Numbered from the stretch's first letter, positions 1 to 11,734 are shown. The stretch is 50,949 nucleotides of DNA from Azolla caroliniana (GCA_043228905.1 JBHGNT010000217.1:1-50949), one strand, 5' to 3'. The notes: a model not told the origin generated them from the sequence alone. A program made the numbers and translations.

Positions 1-450
1 ACATATTCGTAAATATGTTTCTCAGAGTCCATTGGGGCTATATTTGTAAATAGCTGAAAAGTCATATTAGTATAAATATGACTTAGGGCAAACTTAGCAG
101 GTAGTAGTGGTCATTCTTGTTGGTGCAAGATTTGAGTGCAACCGTGTACAAAGAGAGAGAGAGAGAGATTGAGAGACGAAGAGGACGTTGTCTTTCTTGT
201 AACCGCCGCATGTAGCGAAGACAGTGAACAAGAGGTCGTTCCCTCTGTGTTCATCTATTGTATATTGTAACATAGTGATAGTTTGCAGTCTGTGGACTGC
301 CGTGGTTTTTCCCGTGTTTGGGTTTTCCACGTAAACATCCTGTGTACTCTTCTCTTTATTGTGTCGTGCGTACATTACCCGTTTTTTCTGTGTTTGATCC
401 TAGACTCGGTTGTGGCCAAGCGTTGCTTTCGGGAGCGTGTAGTCCTTTCA
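1..450 (+). mobile_element. Partial Copia (Tork/Tnt1-like) LTR, 3' LTR or solo LTR, running off the window start
   Basis: 33-90 (TGGGGCTATATTTGTAAATAG...TAGGGCA) and 293-350 (GTGGAC...GTGGTTTTTCCC...TTTGGGTTTTCCACG) match the reverse complement of the Copia C LTR (14858-15406). Probable end ...CCTTTCA at 450 with no PBS after it. Confidence 0.65.
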
Positions 451-943
451 TAGGATCATGCGACCGATCTAAAGTAAAGTAAAGTAAAGGTTATGTGAAC
501 ACATGCAACTAAAGTCAAACTTTATGTAAAGTAAAGGTCATGTGGATGCATGCAATTGAACTCAAGATGGAAACTGGAGTTCCCTCATGCAAGTGCGAGA
601 AGGGAGGAGAAAAGTTATCTCTCAATAATCCATAGATCCTAATGGTCCTTAGGCGATCGACGTCATCTTTTGGGGGAATAAACCCTAATTTTCTTATCGA
701 AGCCATAAACCCTAATTTCCTTACGGAAGCCATATCTCTCAAAAACCCTAATTTTTCTTATCTAAGCTATCTCTCAATAATTCCTAAATTATTAGTTTTT
801 TATCTAAGCCATATTTCAAAAACCTTAATCTATTAATCTATCAACCTCCATAAGCTAAAACTTTTGCAATCCCAAGCTTGGGATAGATTGTAATTTTTCT
901 TTTCCTTTCTTAATGAAATTTGTCAAACTTTCTGATTTCTGTT
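451..943. mobile_element. Inner part of an unclassified LTR (element D), host of Copia A
   Basis: Becomes contiguous with 12130-12227 when Copia A and one TSD copy are removed. Non-coding, with degenerate tandem units containing AAACCCTAA (680, 707, 743) and TAAAG repeats (470-490). Confidence 0.45.
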
Positions 944-948
944 AATTC

Positions 949-1319
949 TGTTGAGAATCAAGCTGAACTTGGTCTAGTGTGTGAACTCACCTTGAGAGTG
1001 AAGAGACACTCCAACGGTCAAGAGTCACCATTATGTCACCACTTTGTATTCTAGCATTTAGTATGAGTCATAGAATCATATTCTATGACACATAACTTAT
1101 GAGCTTTCACATTCCCCATGCTCCATGAGGCTTGTAGTTAATGAAGAGAGAGGGTGACTACATAAAGCACCCTCCTCCCACCTTGTATAATGTTAAGTCT
1201 TTCTCCTTTGTCAATATACTTTTACCTTCTGTATTTCTTGTCTCTCACTCTCTCTCTCATACACACACATAACTCATATCTCTTCCGCTTCACAAGAATC
1301 CATCTCTTGATTCTTTACA
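949..1319 (+). repeat. 5' LTR of Copia A (371 bp)
   Basis: TGTTGAGAATC...TTCTTTACA. Direct repeat of 11735-12129 with about 4 substitutions and a shorter CT tract. Confidence 0.95.
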
Positions 1320-1331
1320 TGGTATCAGAGC
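1320..1331 (+). other. Primer binding site (tRNA-iMet) of Copia A
   Basis: TGGTATCAGAGC directly after the LTR. Confidence 0.95.
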
Positions 1332-1481
1332 GATTTGGTAGCACGATCTAGCCCATTCGCCTCATCGTGATCGTGTGTTGTGCTCCACGCCGACGACCAA
1401 GAACCGGCTCATCGCTATTGTAGCTTCGCTACATAGCTCGCATTCGAAGAGAGAAGAAGAAGAAGAAGAAGAATCGACATA

Positions 1482-1633
1482 ATGAATACTCAAATGGGGA
1501 GCGCTCTCCCTACCGAGAAATTGGATCGAAACAACTTCGCATCTTAGGAGTACATGCACCAATACCTTGTCGGACAAGGCTATTGGAGCTACATCAAAGG
1601 AACGCATGAAGACCGACCCGCCGAAGCGGCTCC
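1482..1633 (+). pseudogene. gag: Copia A gag N-terminus (cut by Gypsy B)
   Basis: MNTQMGSALPTEKLDRNNFAS*EYMHQYLVGQGYWSYIKG...EAA rejoins in frame to PVYATWEQAASR at 7350 once B is removed. Homologous to ORF 46593-46979. Confidence 0.85.
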
Positions 1634-2064
1634 TGTCATGACGACATACATTTTGGCCTTACAAGGATTCGAGCTCAAGACGTCTTGGTCTATATGTTAG
1701 ACCTTTAACCATTATACTAACATATATGATGTATAGTTATAATAAATGTATTATTAGTTATTACAAGACATTTAGAGTATTCTAGAACATTCTAGGATAT
1801 TCCATGATTATATTAAATATCATAAATATCTAAAATATTCTAGAACATTCTAGAATACTCCATAAGGACCTATAAATAGGTGTCTATTCATTCATCACAA
1901 CTCATTCGGTTCAACACCAGTTTGTAGCCCCTTAGCCTACTCTTTGTAATCCTTGCTCTCTTATAATATAAACTCTCTTTCCATTTCTAGTGTTCTTTCT
2001 CTCTCTCTCTCCCTCTACCTTCTACTGTCATCTTATTTTTCTCTCCTATTCTCAAGTCACGACA
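1634..2064 (+). repeat. 5' LTR of Gypsy B (431 bp)
   Basis: Direct repeat of 6892-7344: about 6 substitutions, a 20-bp and a 2-bp indel. Confidence 0.95.
1775..1878 (+). promoter_or_regulatory. Heat-shock element clusters and TATA box in Gypsy B LTR
   Basis: TTCtaGAAcaTTCtaGGAtaTTC (1780-1802), perfect TTCtaGAAcaTTCtaGAA (1838-1855), TATAAATA (1871-1878). Confidence 0.7.
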
Positions 2065-2066
2065 GT

Positions 2067-2077
2067 TTGAACCGAAT
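2067..2077 (+). other. Self-priming-type PBS of Gypsy B
   Basis: TTGAACCGAAT is the exact reverse complement of ATTCGGTTCAA at 1904-1914 in the LTR. No TGG-starting tRNA PBS is present. Confidence 0.8.
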
Positions 2078-2157
2078 CTATCTCTTTTCTTCTTCTCCAA
2101 CTTCTTCTTCTTATCTTAACCTTATTCAACCAAATCTAGCAATTTTCTATCGCAACT

Positions 2158-3243
2158 ATGGAGTCCGTCAACAAGCAAGAATATATGCGTGTTCTCTCCG
2201 AGCTCGAAATGCGAACAACCAAATTCGTGGCACTAGAGCATGAAAATCAAAGATTGTTGGGAGACCTACAACAAGTAAGTGCTGAAAAAGTACAACAATA
2301 TGAAGAATTATCTCAACGGGTGCATCAATTGGAGACTACTCTATTGCAACGACAAGCGGCGGAAGTTCAAACCTCGCCGAAGGAACCCAAGATTAGTCTG
2401 CCGGCCAAGTTTGATGCTACAAGGTCTCAGTTTCGTGGATTTTTAAATCAAGTACGGCTTGTGATTAAATTGCATCCTAGCCGTTACCCAACTGATGTTG
2501 CTCGTGTGGGTCTAGTTGGTACCTTGTTAATGGGTACCGCATTAGCGTGGTTTGCACCACTCCTAGAGAAGCACTCACCATTATTAGAAGATTTTGAAGG
2601 GTTTATTAATGAGTTCCAAGCCAACTTTGGAGACACTGATAGTATGAGGACTGCAATAAACAAAATTCGGCGATTACGACAAGGAGATCGTCCTGCTTCC
2701 GCTTATGCTGCAGATTTTCGCCTTCTAGCATGTAATATTCCATGGGACGAGCCAGCATTAATGGACCAATTTCGTCAAGGTCTGCGCAATTATGTGAAGG
2801 ATTTACTTCTTACCTTCCATGATGATCCAAAATCTCTTACTGAAGCAGTAAGTCGGGCCGTGCGATGTGACAATCGCTTATTTGAGCGGCGTTTTGAGCG
2901 CCAACAAATGTTACGTTTTCGACCAACAGAAACATATGCTTCGGTGGTTGCAACTCCACCCCAAGTATCAAAGTCAAGTGTGGTGGAAGGCCCTACTCCA
3001 ATGGAAATCGAGACAACACGACGTCGAGGACCATTATCGGATGCTGAAAAGCAACGACGGCGAGCGAATCGTCTATGCCTCTATTGTGGTGATCCAGGGC
3101 ATATTGTTATGAATTGTCCACATAAACCACAACAACAAGTTAACCAAGTGCTCATGACAATCCCATCTCAAATTCTGCCCCGCCTTCTCGTAACCCAAGT
3201 AGGCCTGGTAGTCCCTGTCATAAAATTACATTTGATGTCTTGA
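2158..3243 (+). CDS. gag: Gypsy B Gag (coiled-coil N-terminus, capsid, CCHC zinc knuckle)
   Basis: 361-aa ORF with PKISLPAKFD, LRQG, QFRQGL, PTPMEI and CLYCGDPGHIVMNC. C-terminus may be frameshifted. Confidence 0.85.
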   Translation: MESVNKQEYMRVLSELEMRTTKFVALEHENQRLLGDLQQVSAEKVQQYEELSQRVHQLETTLLQRQAAEVQTSPKEPKISLPAKFDATRSQFRGFLNQVRLVIKLHPSRYPTDVARVGLVGTLLMGTALAWFAPLLEKHSPLLEDFEGFINEFQANFGDTDSMRTAINKIRRLRQGDRPASAYAADFRLLACNIPWDEPALMDQFRQGLRNYVKDLLLTFHDDPKSLTEAVSRAVRCDNRLFERRFERQQMLRFRPTETYASVVATPPQVSKSSVVEGPTPMEIETTRRRGPLSDAEKQRRRANRLCLYCGDPGHIVMNCPHKPQQQVNQVLMTIPSQILPRLLVTQVGLVVPVIKLHLMS

Positions 3244-3294
3244 GCCAATTAGATGATGTGTTAAACAAGTCCGGCCAAAATCGGAGCCATTTGG

Positions 3295-6200
3295 TTGGAC
3301 AACCCTAGGCATGTAACGTCAATCCCTAGTTGTGGTTCCATTTCATCCGGTCAAGTTAGTCAAGTTTTCTCTGCACAAGTTGAGCTTAACACATCTAGGT
3401 GCCATCGAGTCCCAGCTTCTGCCCTCTTAGACTCTGGAGCCAACTCTTGTTTCATGGATCGTGAGTTTGTTGTAATGCATAATATTTAGTTGCATAAGCT
3501 CCCAAGCCCAGTGTCAGTCGGAGTCATTGATGGATGCCCCATAACATCAGGTGATATAGTTGAAGAGTCTGAACCAATTCATGTAGTCCTAGGCAATTTG
3601 GCTAGTGTCATCTCATTCAACATCATTAGTAGTCCAGAGCACTCCCTAGTTCTTGGTCTTCCATGGTTTGAGCTACATAACCCAACTATTGATTGGAGAA
3701 AAAGAACCATCGAAGAAGTCACAATACATTCTGAGCCTCTTAAAACTCCAACAAAGGATATGACATTCCAAAAGATTTCGACAATCTCTATACATCAATT
3801 ACGTGAGGAAGGACGAAAGGAAGACATGTTGGTGTTCGTAGTTTTAGCAACTCCCACATCGAGCTCACAAGAATCGGGGGTCCAACTACTAAAGAAATAT
3901 ATAGAATTCTCTGATGTTTTTGATAAGGTGAAGGCCAATAGACTACCAGAGCATCGACCATATGATTGCCCGATTGATTTGCAGCCCGGAAAAGAGCCTC
4001 CATGGGGGCCAATTTATAACCTTTCACCCACAGAGTTAGAGGTTCTTTGGGAATATATTGATGAGAACTTGGCGAATGGGTTTATCCAGCATTCAAGATC
4101 ACCTGCCGGCGCACCCATATTTTTCGTTAAGAAGAAAGATGGTTTGCTTCGTCTGGTCGTGGATTATCGAGGATTGAATAAAGTAACTATTCGAAACCGA
4201 TATGCTCTACCATTGATTTCGGGCCTTCTGGTACGCCTCAATGGAGCTAAGTATTTCACAAAGTTAGATCTTCGAGGTGCTTACAATCTTGTTCGAATTC
4301 GTCCTAGGGATGAATGGAAGACTGCTTTTCGTACTCGCTATGGCCATTTTGAGTATACAGTGATGCCATTTGGTCTCACGAATGCACCAGCAGTTTTCCA
4401 CATATGACGAATGACATTTTTCGAGATTTCCTTGATATTTTCGTCATAATTTACCTAGATAATATCTTGATCTACTCAAAAACTCAAGAGGATCATGATA
4501 TACACGTTCGACAAGCTTTGCAACGGTTGCGTGAATATGGTCTCTATGCAAAATTGGAGAAGTGCAGCTTTGACCAGCGTCAAGTGGAATTTTTGGGGTA
4601 CATAGTCTCTTCACATGGCATCTCTATGGATCCAGCAAAGGTTCAAACAGTGTTGGATTGGCAAACACCATAGTCTGTGCGAGATGTACAATGTTTTTTA
4701 GGGTTCACAAACTTTTATCGCAAGTTCATCAAAGACTATTTAAAGATCGTATTGCCCCTCACTCAACTGACACAAAAGAATCAACCATTTGTGTGGAGTA
4801 TAAATGCAAACTCTGCATTTGAAGGATTAAAGCAAGCATTTACATCCGCACCAATTTTGATGCATGTTGATCCATTGAAGTGCTTTATACTGGAAGCTTA
4901 TGCATCTGACTTCGCACTAGGAAGCGTATTATCCCAGATTAGCAATGATGGCCAACTACACCCTGTGGTTTTTCATTCACGGAAATTTGAAGCTGCAGAA
5001 ATCAACTATGAGATTCACGACAAAGAGCTTCTTGCCATTGTGGATTCTTTTCAACAATGGCGTCATTTTTTGGAGGGTTCGTCTCAACAAATCATTGTCT
5101 ATAATGATCACAAAAATCTAACGTACTTCCAAAGTGCTCAAGTCTTGAGTCATCGACAAGCTCGTTGGGCGCAGTTTTTAACTCGTTTTGATTTCGTAAT
5201 TCTATATCGCCCTAGGACGCAACAAGGCAAAGTAGATGCTTTATCTCGGCATTCATATATGGAACTTCAACCAAGAGAGGCCGCATTTGAAAGTCAGAAG
5301 CAAATCCTCTTGGGTCCTGACCGTCTACGACTAATGGCTTTTCATGCTATAGACACACCCGAGGATTCAAGTCTTCTAAACTCCATTCGGGAGCATATTG
5401 AGACTGATGAATTCGCCCAAGATATTCTGAGCCATATTATCCCAGATTGTGCTTCTTGTTCACAATCTCAAAATCCTCATCAAGACTACAACCAGTTCAA
5501 TTGGCATGATGGTTTACTTTTTCGACAAAATCTCTTATATGTGCCTGATGGTCCTTCTCGACTCCAAGTCTTGCAACAATGTCATGATACACCAATGGCT
5601 GGACATTTTGGCATCCACAAGACTTTGGCGTTAATTTCTCGAAGGTATTGGTGGCCACGACTTCGCCATTTTGTTACGGATTATGTTCGTAGTTGTGATA
5701 CATGTTGCCGATCCAAAAAACCTCGACATCATCCATATGGCTTATTACAGCCAATGCCTATTCCTGAGAGTCCATGGAAATCTATTTCATTGGACTTCAT
5801 TACGGATCTACCACCTTCCAAGGGTTTTGATTCTATTCTCACGGTAGTAGATCGTTTAACCAAGATGACACATTTTCTTCCCTGCACAAAGGCCATTACG
5901 AGCCAAGAGACAGCCGAGTTACTCATGCGAGAGGTGTTTCGACATCATGGTCTTCCTGATGATATTATCAGTGATCAGGGTCCCTAGTTCATCTCAAAAT
6001 TTTGGCGGCACATGTTCAAACTCTTACATACTTCTTGCAAACTCTCTTCCGGCTACGATCCAGAAACTAACGGACAGAGTGAGCGCACCAACCAAACAGT
6101 AGAACAATATCTTCGTTGTTTTGTCAACTATCAACAAGATGATTGGGTTGATGTATTACATTTGGCGGAATTTGCTTACAACAACTCAGAACATTCTTCT

Positions 6201-6899
6201 ACTGGATATTCCCCATTTTTTGCAAACATTGGGTACCATCCTCGTTGGACTATGCTTGAACATCCCGAACTCCCGACAAACCCGGCTGCTGAAGATCGGC
6301 TCACCCGACTCCAAGAAGTTCAAGATATCCTTTTGCACCATTTATGTGATGCTCAAAACACTCAAAAGAAGGTTGTCGACCGTCATCGACGTGATTCATC
6401 GATTACGTTTCAAGTGGGGGATCGAGTATGGCTTTTACAAGGTCGCATTAAAACAACCCGACCTTGCTGCAAATTGGATTATCAACGTTTTGGCCCATAT
6501 GTGATATCTAGTAAGATCAATGATGTGGCATTTCGCCTTGATCTTCCCCCTCATATGTATCTTCACCCGGTCTTCCATGTTTCACTTTTGGAGTCGTACA
6601 CAACCAGCTCTATTCCAGGCCGTCTTACATCTCCCCCACCTCCAATCGAAATTTCGGATGGCTCCGAATATGAAGTTGCTGCCATTCTCGACTCCAAGAT
6701 CGTTCGCAACAAATTGTATTATTTGGTTGACTGGTTAGGTTATACACCTAATGATCGAACATGGGAACCTCTTGAGAATCTTGCTAATGCCTCTGAAATG
6801 GTTGCTGCATTTCACAACAAATATCCTCATAAGCCAAGTCCAAAATCTTGTCTTCCGACTCATGGAACTCGTCGTCGAAAAGGGCGGATAATGTCATGA
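3295..6899 (+). pseudogene. pol: Gypsy B pol (PR, RT, RNase H, integrase, chromodomain), disrupted
   Basis: [22 protein letters not shown] (DD mutated), HDKELLAI, HHCC, SLDFITDLP, GPY, EYEVAAILDSK...YLVDWLGY...TWEP. Stops at 3489, 4673, 5987 and a frameshift near 4404. Confidence 0.93.
6877..6891 (+). other. Polypurine tract of Gypsy B
   Basis: GAAAAGGGCGGATAA immediately before the 3' LTR. Confidence 0.7.
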
Positions 6900-7344
6900 C
6901 GACATACATTTTGGCCTTACAGGGATTCGAGCTCAAGACGTCTTGGTCTATATGTTAAACCTTTAACCATTATACTAACATATATGATATATAGTTATAA
7001 TAAATGTATTATTAGTTATTACAAGACATTTAGAGTATTCTAGAACATTCAAGAGTATTCTAGAACATTCTAGGATATTCCATGTTTATATTAAATATCA
7101 TAAATATCTAAAATATTCTAGAACATTCCAGAATACTCCATAAGGACCTATAAATAGGTGTTTATTCATTCATCACAACTCATTCGGTTCAACACCAGTT
7201 TGTAGCCCCTTAGCCTACTCTTTGTAATCCTTGCTCTCTTATAATATAAACTCTCTTTCCATTTCTAGTGTTCTTTCTCTCTCTCTCTCCCTCTACCTTC
7301 TACTGTCATCTTATTTTTCTCTCTCCTATTCTCAAGTCACGACA
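6892..7344 (+). repeat. 3' LTR of Gypsy B (453 bp)
   Basis: Copy of the 5' LTR with an extra 20-bp unit AAGAGTATTCTAGAACATTC. HSEs at 7038-7080 and 7116-7133, TATA 7149-7156. Confidence 0.95.
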
Positions 7345-7349
7345 GCTCC

Positions 7350-10300
7350 CGTATACGCGACATGGGAGCAAGCCGCAAGCCGCGTGATGTATTGTTTGGC
7401 GACATGTGTTCACGACCACATGCTCGGTTACATTCGAGAAGCCAAGACGCCGAAGGAAGCGTGGGAAAATCTACGAAATATTTTCGCCGCCAACACGACC
7501 GCGAGGAAGCTTCAACTCCGCCAAGAGTTGAACAACATTCAACAAAGGGATATGTCCATCACAACATACACCTTGAAGATCAAGGAGCTTTGCGACTCGC
7601 TCGGCTCAATAAGCGTAATTATAGATGATGATGAGATGGTGCAAATATGCCTTAGCGGCCTCGCACCACGGTTCGGCGCGATGTGAACCGCCGTTCTAGC
7701 ACGGGAGAAATCTCCCTCCTTCTTCGAGCTCCAATCAATGCTATTGGTCGAAGAAAACCACGTGCGTACAAGGAGCAATGAGTCGGAAGGCCACATGCTC
7801 TACACGCACTCTAATGGAGGAAGAGGACATGGACGAGCAAGAGGCCGATTCGGCCAAGGACAAGGCGGACGAGGTCCGACCTACGACAACAACTCCCAAT
7901 TTCGGCCACAAAACGGAGGCCAACGAGGAACCTTCGCAAGAAGGGAGAGCTTCCACTCCGGCCCGAGCCGTCAAAACGCAACCGAATGCGGATATTGTGG
8001 AAAGCTCGGCCACCACGAAGAAGAGTGCCGAAAGAAGATGCGTGAATCGGCCTCCACAAGCCGACAACTCACGAATTACGCGGACAATTCCGACTACGAA
8101 GAGTATAGCGGAATGTACGGGCACAACCCCGACTACGAGGATCGTGGCGAAATGTACGCATACAACTCCGACCGTGGTGGAATGTTCATGATGAAACATA
8201 GAGCAAACTCCATGTCGGCCTCTACCTCAACTAGTGCCCTCAATCCGGAGGACGTATGGTTTGTTGACTCTGGGGCCTCAAACCATATGACATCCCACAA
8301 AGAATGGTTTCTCGAACTTCGAGAGCCAGAGCGACCCGGTTATGTCGAAACCGGAGATGACACTACGCACCCGATTCAGCACATCGGCAATGTTCCGTTC
8401 GCCGAAAGAGGTAAGCAAACATACATTAAAAATGTCTTGCATGTTCCCACCATCACAAAGAATTTGGTCTCGGTCGGCCAAATGGTTGAGCAAGGGATGC
8501 AAGTACGATTCGACCAAGAAGGGTGCTTCATCGAAAAAGAAGGCCGAATCATCGCACGCGGAAGAAGAGAGGGCCGGATGTTCATTCTCAATTCGCACGA
8601 GATGAAATCCGCCATGTTCGCGAAAAGCACGAAAGCTGACTCCGACATAGAGCTATGGCATAAGCGAATCGGCCACATCAATCTCAACAAACTCAAAGCA
8701 ATGAAATCGAAAGGAGTCGTTATCGGACTCCCGACATTCAAAGAGAAGGAGATTGAAGGTGTATGCGAAGCGTGCCAATTCGGCAAGCAACACCGACACC
8801 CATTCCCGAAGGAGCGGATTTGAGCAAAGGCGTACTCGACGTAATTCATTCCGATGTCTGGGGTCCGGCCCAAATGGTGACATTCGGCGGATGCCGATAT
8901 TACGTGCTCTTCATCGACGACTTTTCTAGGCACACTTGGATCTATCCGATGCAGCAAAAGAGCAAAGTGTTCGGACACTTCCAAAAGTTCAAGAATGAAG
9001 TCGAGAAAGCCACGGGCCGACATGTATGATGCCTTCGATCGGATGGCGGCAAGGAGTACTTCTTGGACGATTTCACGGCGTATCTCCGAAAGGAAGGAAT
9101 TCAGCGAGAATTCACTTGCCAACACACTCCGTAACAAAACGGAGTAGCTGAGCACAAAAATCGGCACATCCTCGAAGTAGCACGGGCCATGATGAACGAG
9201 AAGCATATGCCCAAGTCATATTGGGCCGAAGCTACAAATACGGTAGTCTACCTAATGAACCGGTGCACAACGTCCGGCGTGCACGAGGTCACTCCGCACG
9301 AAAAATACTTCGGAAGGAAGCCGGACTTATCGCATATCCGAATATTCGGCGCGATAGCATACGGGCACATCCCCGACGAGAAGCGTCAAAAGCTTGACCC
9401 AAAGTCGGAGAAATGTATCCTCGTAGGATACTCACTTGAACAAAAGGGGTACAAGTGCTACAACCCCTCAACTCAAAAATCTCGAGTAAGTCGAGACGTC
9501 GTTTTTTACGAGTCCGCATCCTGGTACGCACCAGAGACAACTTCGCCTCCGCTCGACCTGGAATTTGCCGAACAAGAGATCAAGGATGAAGATCGCCCTA
9601 CGCGCATGATCGAAGAAAGTCCGATCACGACCCGACTGAGCGGACCACAAGAGCCTTTGAACCATCAAAGCACATCACGGCCTAGCCCGAAGATGGACAA
9701 AGGCAAGGCAAAAATGGCGGAATATGAAGGCGATCGCCTCGACGACGATGAATCGACTCACTCACTCGATAGTGAGTTCGGCGGCTTCGATGTACCAATC
9801 GGAACTAAGAAAGCCCTCATCTCTGCAAATGAAAAGCTCCGCCGATCCACTCGTGAAAAGAACCTCATAAGCCGATTTGGCTACAACTAGTATATGGCGT
9901 ACCATTACGCCTTTATGATGAAGGTAGCGATAGTACGGGAGCCGGAAGCCGCGAAGGACCCGCGATAGATCGAAGCAATGAACGAAGAGATGCAGGCACT
10001 ACGGAAGAACGAGACATGGGATCTCGTTCCCACCTCACCACACAAAAAGGTGATCGGATGCAGATGGATCTACAAGGTGAAGTATAACATTGATGGCTCC
10101 GTAAACCGCTACAAAGCTCAACTCGTAGCGAAAGGATACGCTCAGACGCATGGCGTCGACTACGAAGAGACCTTTGCCCCGGTGGCAAAGATGACAAGGG
10201 TGCGGACCGTAATTGCGCTTGCCGCGGCGAAAGGGTGGCACCTCCATCAAATGGACGTCAAGAACGCCTTTCTACAAGGCGAATTAGAAGAGGAGGTGTA

Positions 10301-11480
10301 CATCATACAACCACCCGTCTTCAACTCGAGCACCCATCCGAAAGTTGTTTGCCGACTCAAGAAGCCTCTCTACGGCCTCAAGCAAGCACCGCGTGCTTGG
10401 CATTCGAAGATAACGCAATATCTTCATCAAATCGGCTTCCGTATGTCAAAATCGGACAACTCCCTCTACATACGAAGTGATTCTGCAAGTTCGATCGTCA
10501 TCATTTTATATGTGGATGACCTAGTCATTGGAGGTGAGCCTCTAGTCGAAGTCAATAAAGTCAAATCCCTCCTTTCTGACAAATTCAAGATGACGAACAT
10601 GAAGGAGCTCCACTACTTCCTCGGCATCGAGGTAATTCGGACTCCAGCCGGAATCATGATCTCTCAACAGCACTACATCCTCAACTTGTTATACAAGTTC
10701 GGGATGGCTGAGTGCAAATCCGCGGCAACCCCGCTCGATTGCAATCTCAAACTAGATGCGAACTCCGGCACCAAAGCGTGTGAGCCGACTCAGTATCGGC
10801 AACTCATCGGGAGTCTAATCTACCTCACTATCACTCGACCCGATCTCAGTTATCCGGTTGGTCTCCTTAGCCAATTCATGCAAACACCGCGTGATACTCA
10901 CTTGGATTGCGCTAAGCGAGTTCTACGATACGTGAGCGGCACAATGGATTGCGGCATCCTCTACAAGACCGTGATGCCAATACGACTCGAGGGGTACACA
11001 GACGCCGATTGGGCCGCCTACAAAGCCGATAAAAGATCAACCTCCGGATTTGTTTTCTCCCTCGGCAGCGGAGCAATATCCTAGAATAGCAAGAAGCATC
11101 CCACCGTTGCTCTTTCGAGTACAGAGGCGGAATAAAGGGGCGCGGCCGTAGCTGCGTGTGAAGCCGTATGGCTCAAGAGGATTTTGAAGGATCTGGGCGT
11201 ACCCATCAAGGATCCGACTTCCCTTTACTGCGACAACATGAGCAGTATCTATCTGGCTCGGAACCCGGTGTTCCACGCGCGGACAAAGCACATCGAAGTG
11301 CACTATCACTTCATCCGAGAGCGTGTTCTGGCTGGCGATGTCGACCTACCACACATTAGCACCAATCTTCAAACGTCCGACATCTTCACTAAAGCCTTAG
11401 GAGCCGACAAGCTATGGCAATTCATGACTGATCTCGGATTGACGATCCCTGACTTGCCAAGCTTGAGGGGGAGTACTTAA
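7350..11480 (+). pseudogene. pol: Copia A gag-pol remainder (capsid, zinc knuckle, PR, INT, RT, RNase H), disrupted
   Basis: CGYCGKLGHHEEEC, WFVDSGASNHM, LWHKRIGH..CEAC, HSDVWGP, QMDVKNAFL, LYVDD, YTDADWA, YCDN, RTKHIEVHYHFIRE, DIFTKAL. Multiple stops and a frameshift near 8815. Confidence 0.94.
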
Positions 11481-11489
11481 GACACTACG

Positions 11490-11700
11490 CAATAACGCGT
11501 GGATTCCGCAACCACGCAACGAAGCAGCGAAGAGCCGATCTACCGCGCAAAGCCACGAAGAAAGACGCAAGCCGAAGCACAGACTTCGCAACTACGCACG
11601 CAAGCCAAAGCACAGACTTCGCACATAGCAAGCTAGAGCACGGATTCCGCAACTCCGCATAAAGCGAGCCGACGCGAGTCGAAGCGGATTTCGGATACCG
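11490..11700 (+). repeat. Degenerate short tandem repeats in Copia A 3' UTR
   Basis: ACGCAAGCC(G/A)AAGCACAGACTTCGCA twice and GGATTCCGCAAC twice. Confidence 0.55.
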
Positions 11701-11734
11701 TATGAAACCGACCCGACTTGAGCTTTTGGGGGCG

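Larger units (their letters stand above)
1634..7344 (+). mobile_element. Full-length decayed Ty3/Gypsy chromovirus (element B, Tcn1/Tf1-sushi-like)
   Basis: LTRs TGTCATGAC...GTCACGACA, TSD GCTCC (1629-1633, 7345-7349), order gag-PR-RT-RH-INT-chromodomain. Clade assignment is from motif recognition only. Confidence 0.95.

Noticed and set aside
680-751. AAACCCTAA motifs as interstitial telomere
   Set aside because: Single dispersed units within longer degenerate repeats, not a tandem TTTAGGG array.
1634-7344. Nested B appears to have more LTR divergence (~6/431) than its host A (~4/371)
   Set aside because: Counts are too small; the difference is within sampling noise.
7231-7686. 151-aa ORF starting in the B 3' LTR and fused to A gag
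   Set aside because: TTG start in a CT-rich LTR and a stop within gag. Chance read-through across the insertion junction.
8376-9206. 276-aa antisense ORF and other antisense ORFs over pol regions
   Set aside because: Shadow ORFs of GC-rich retrotransposon coding sequence with no recognisable domain.
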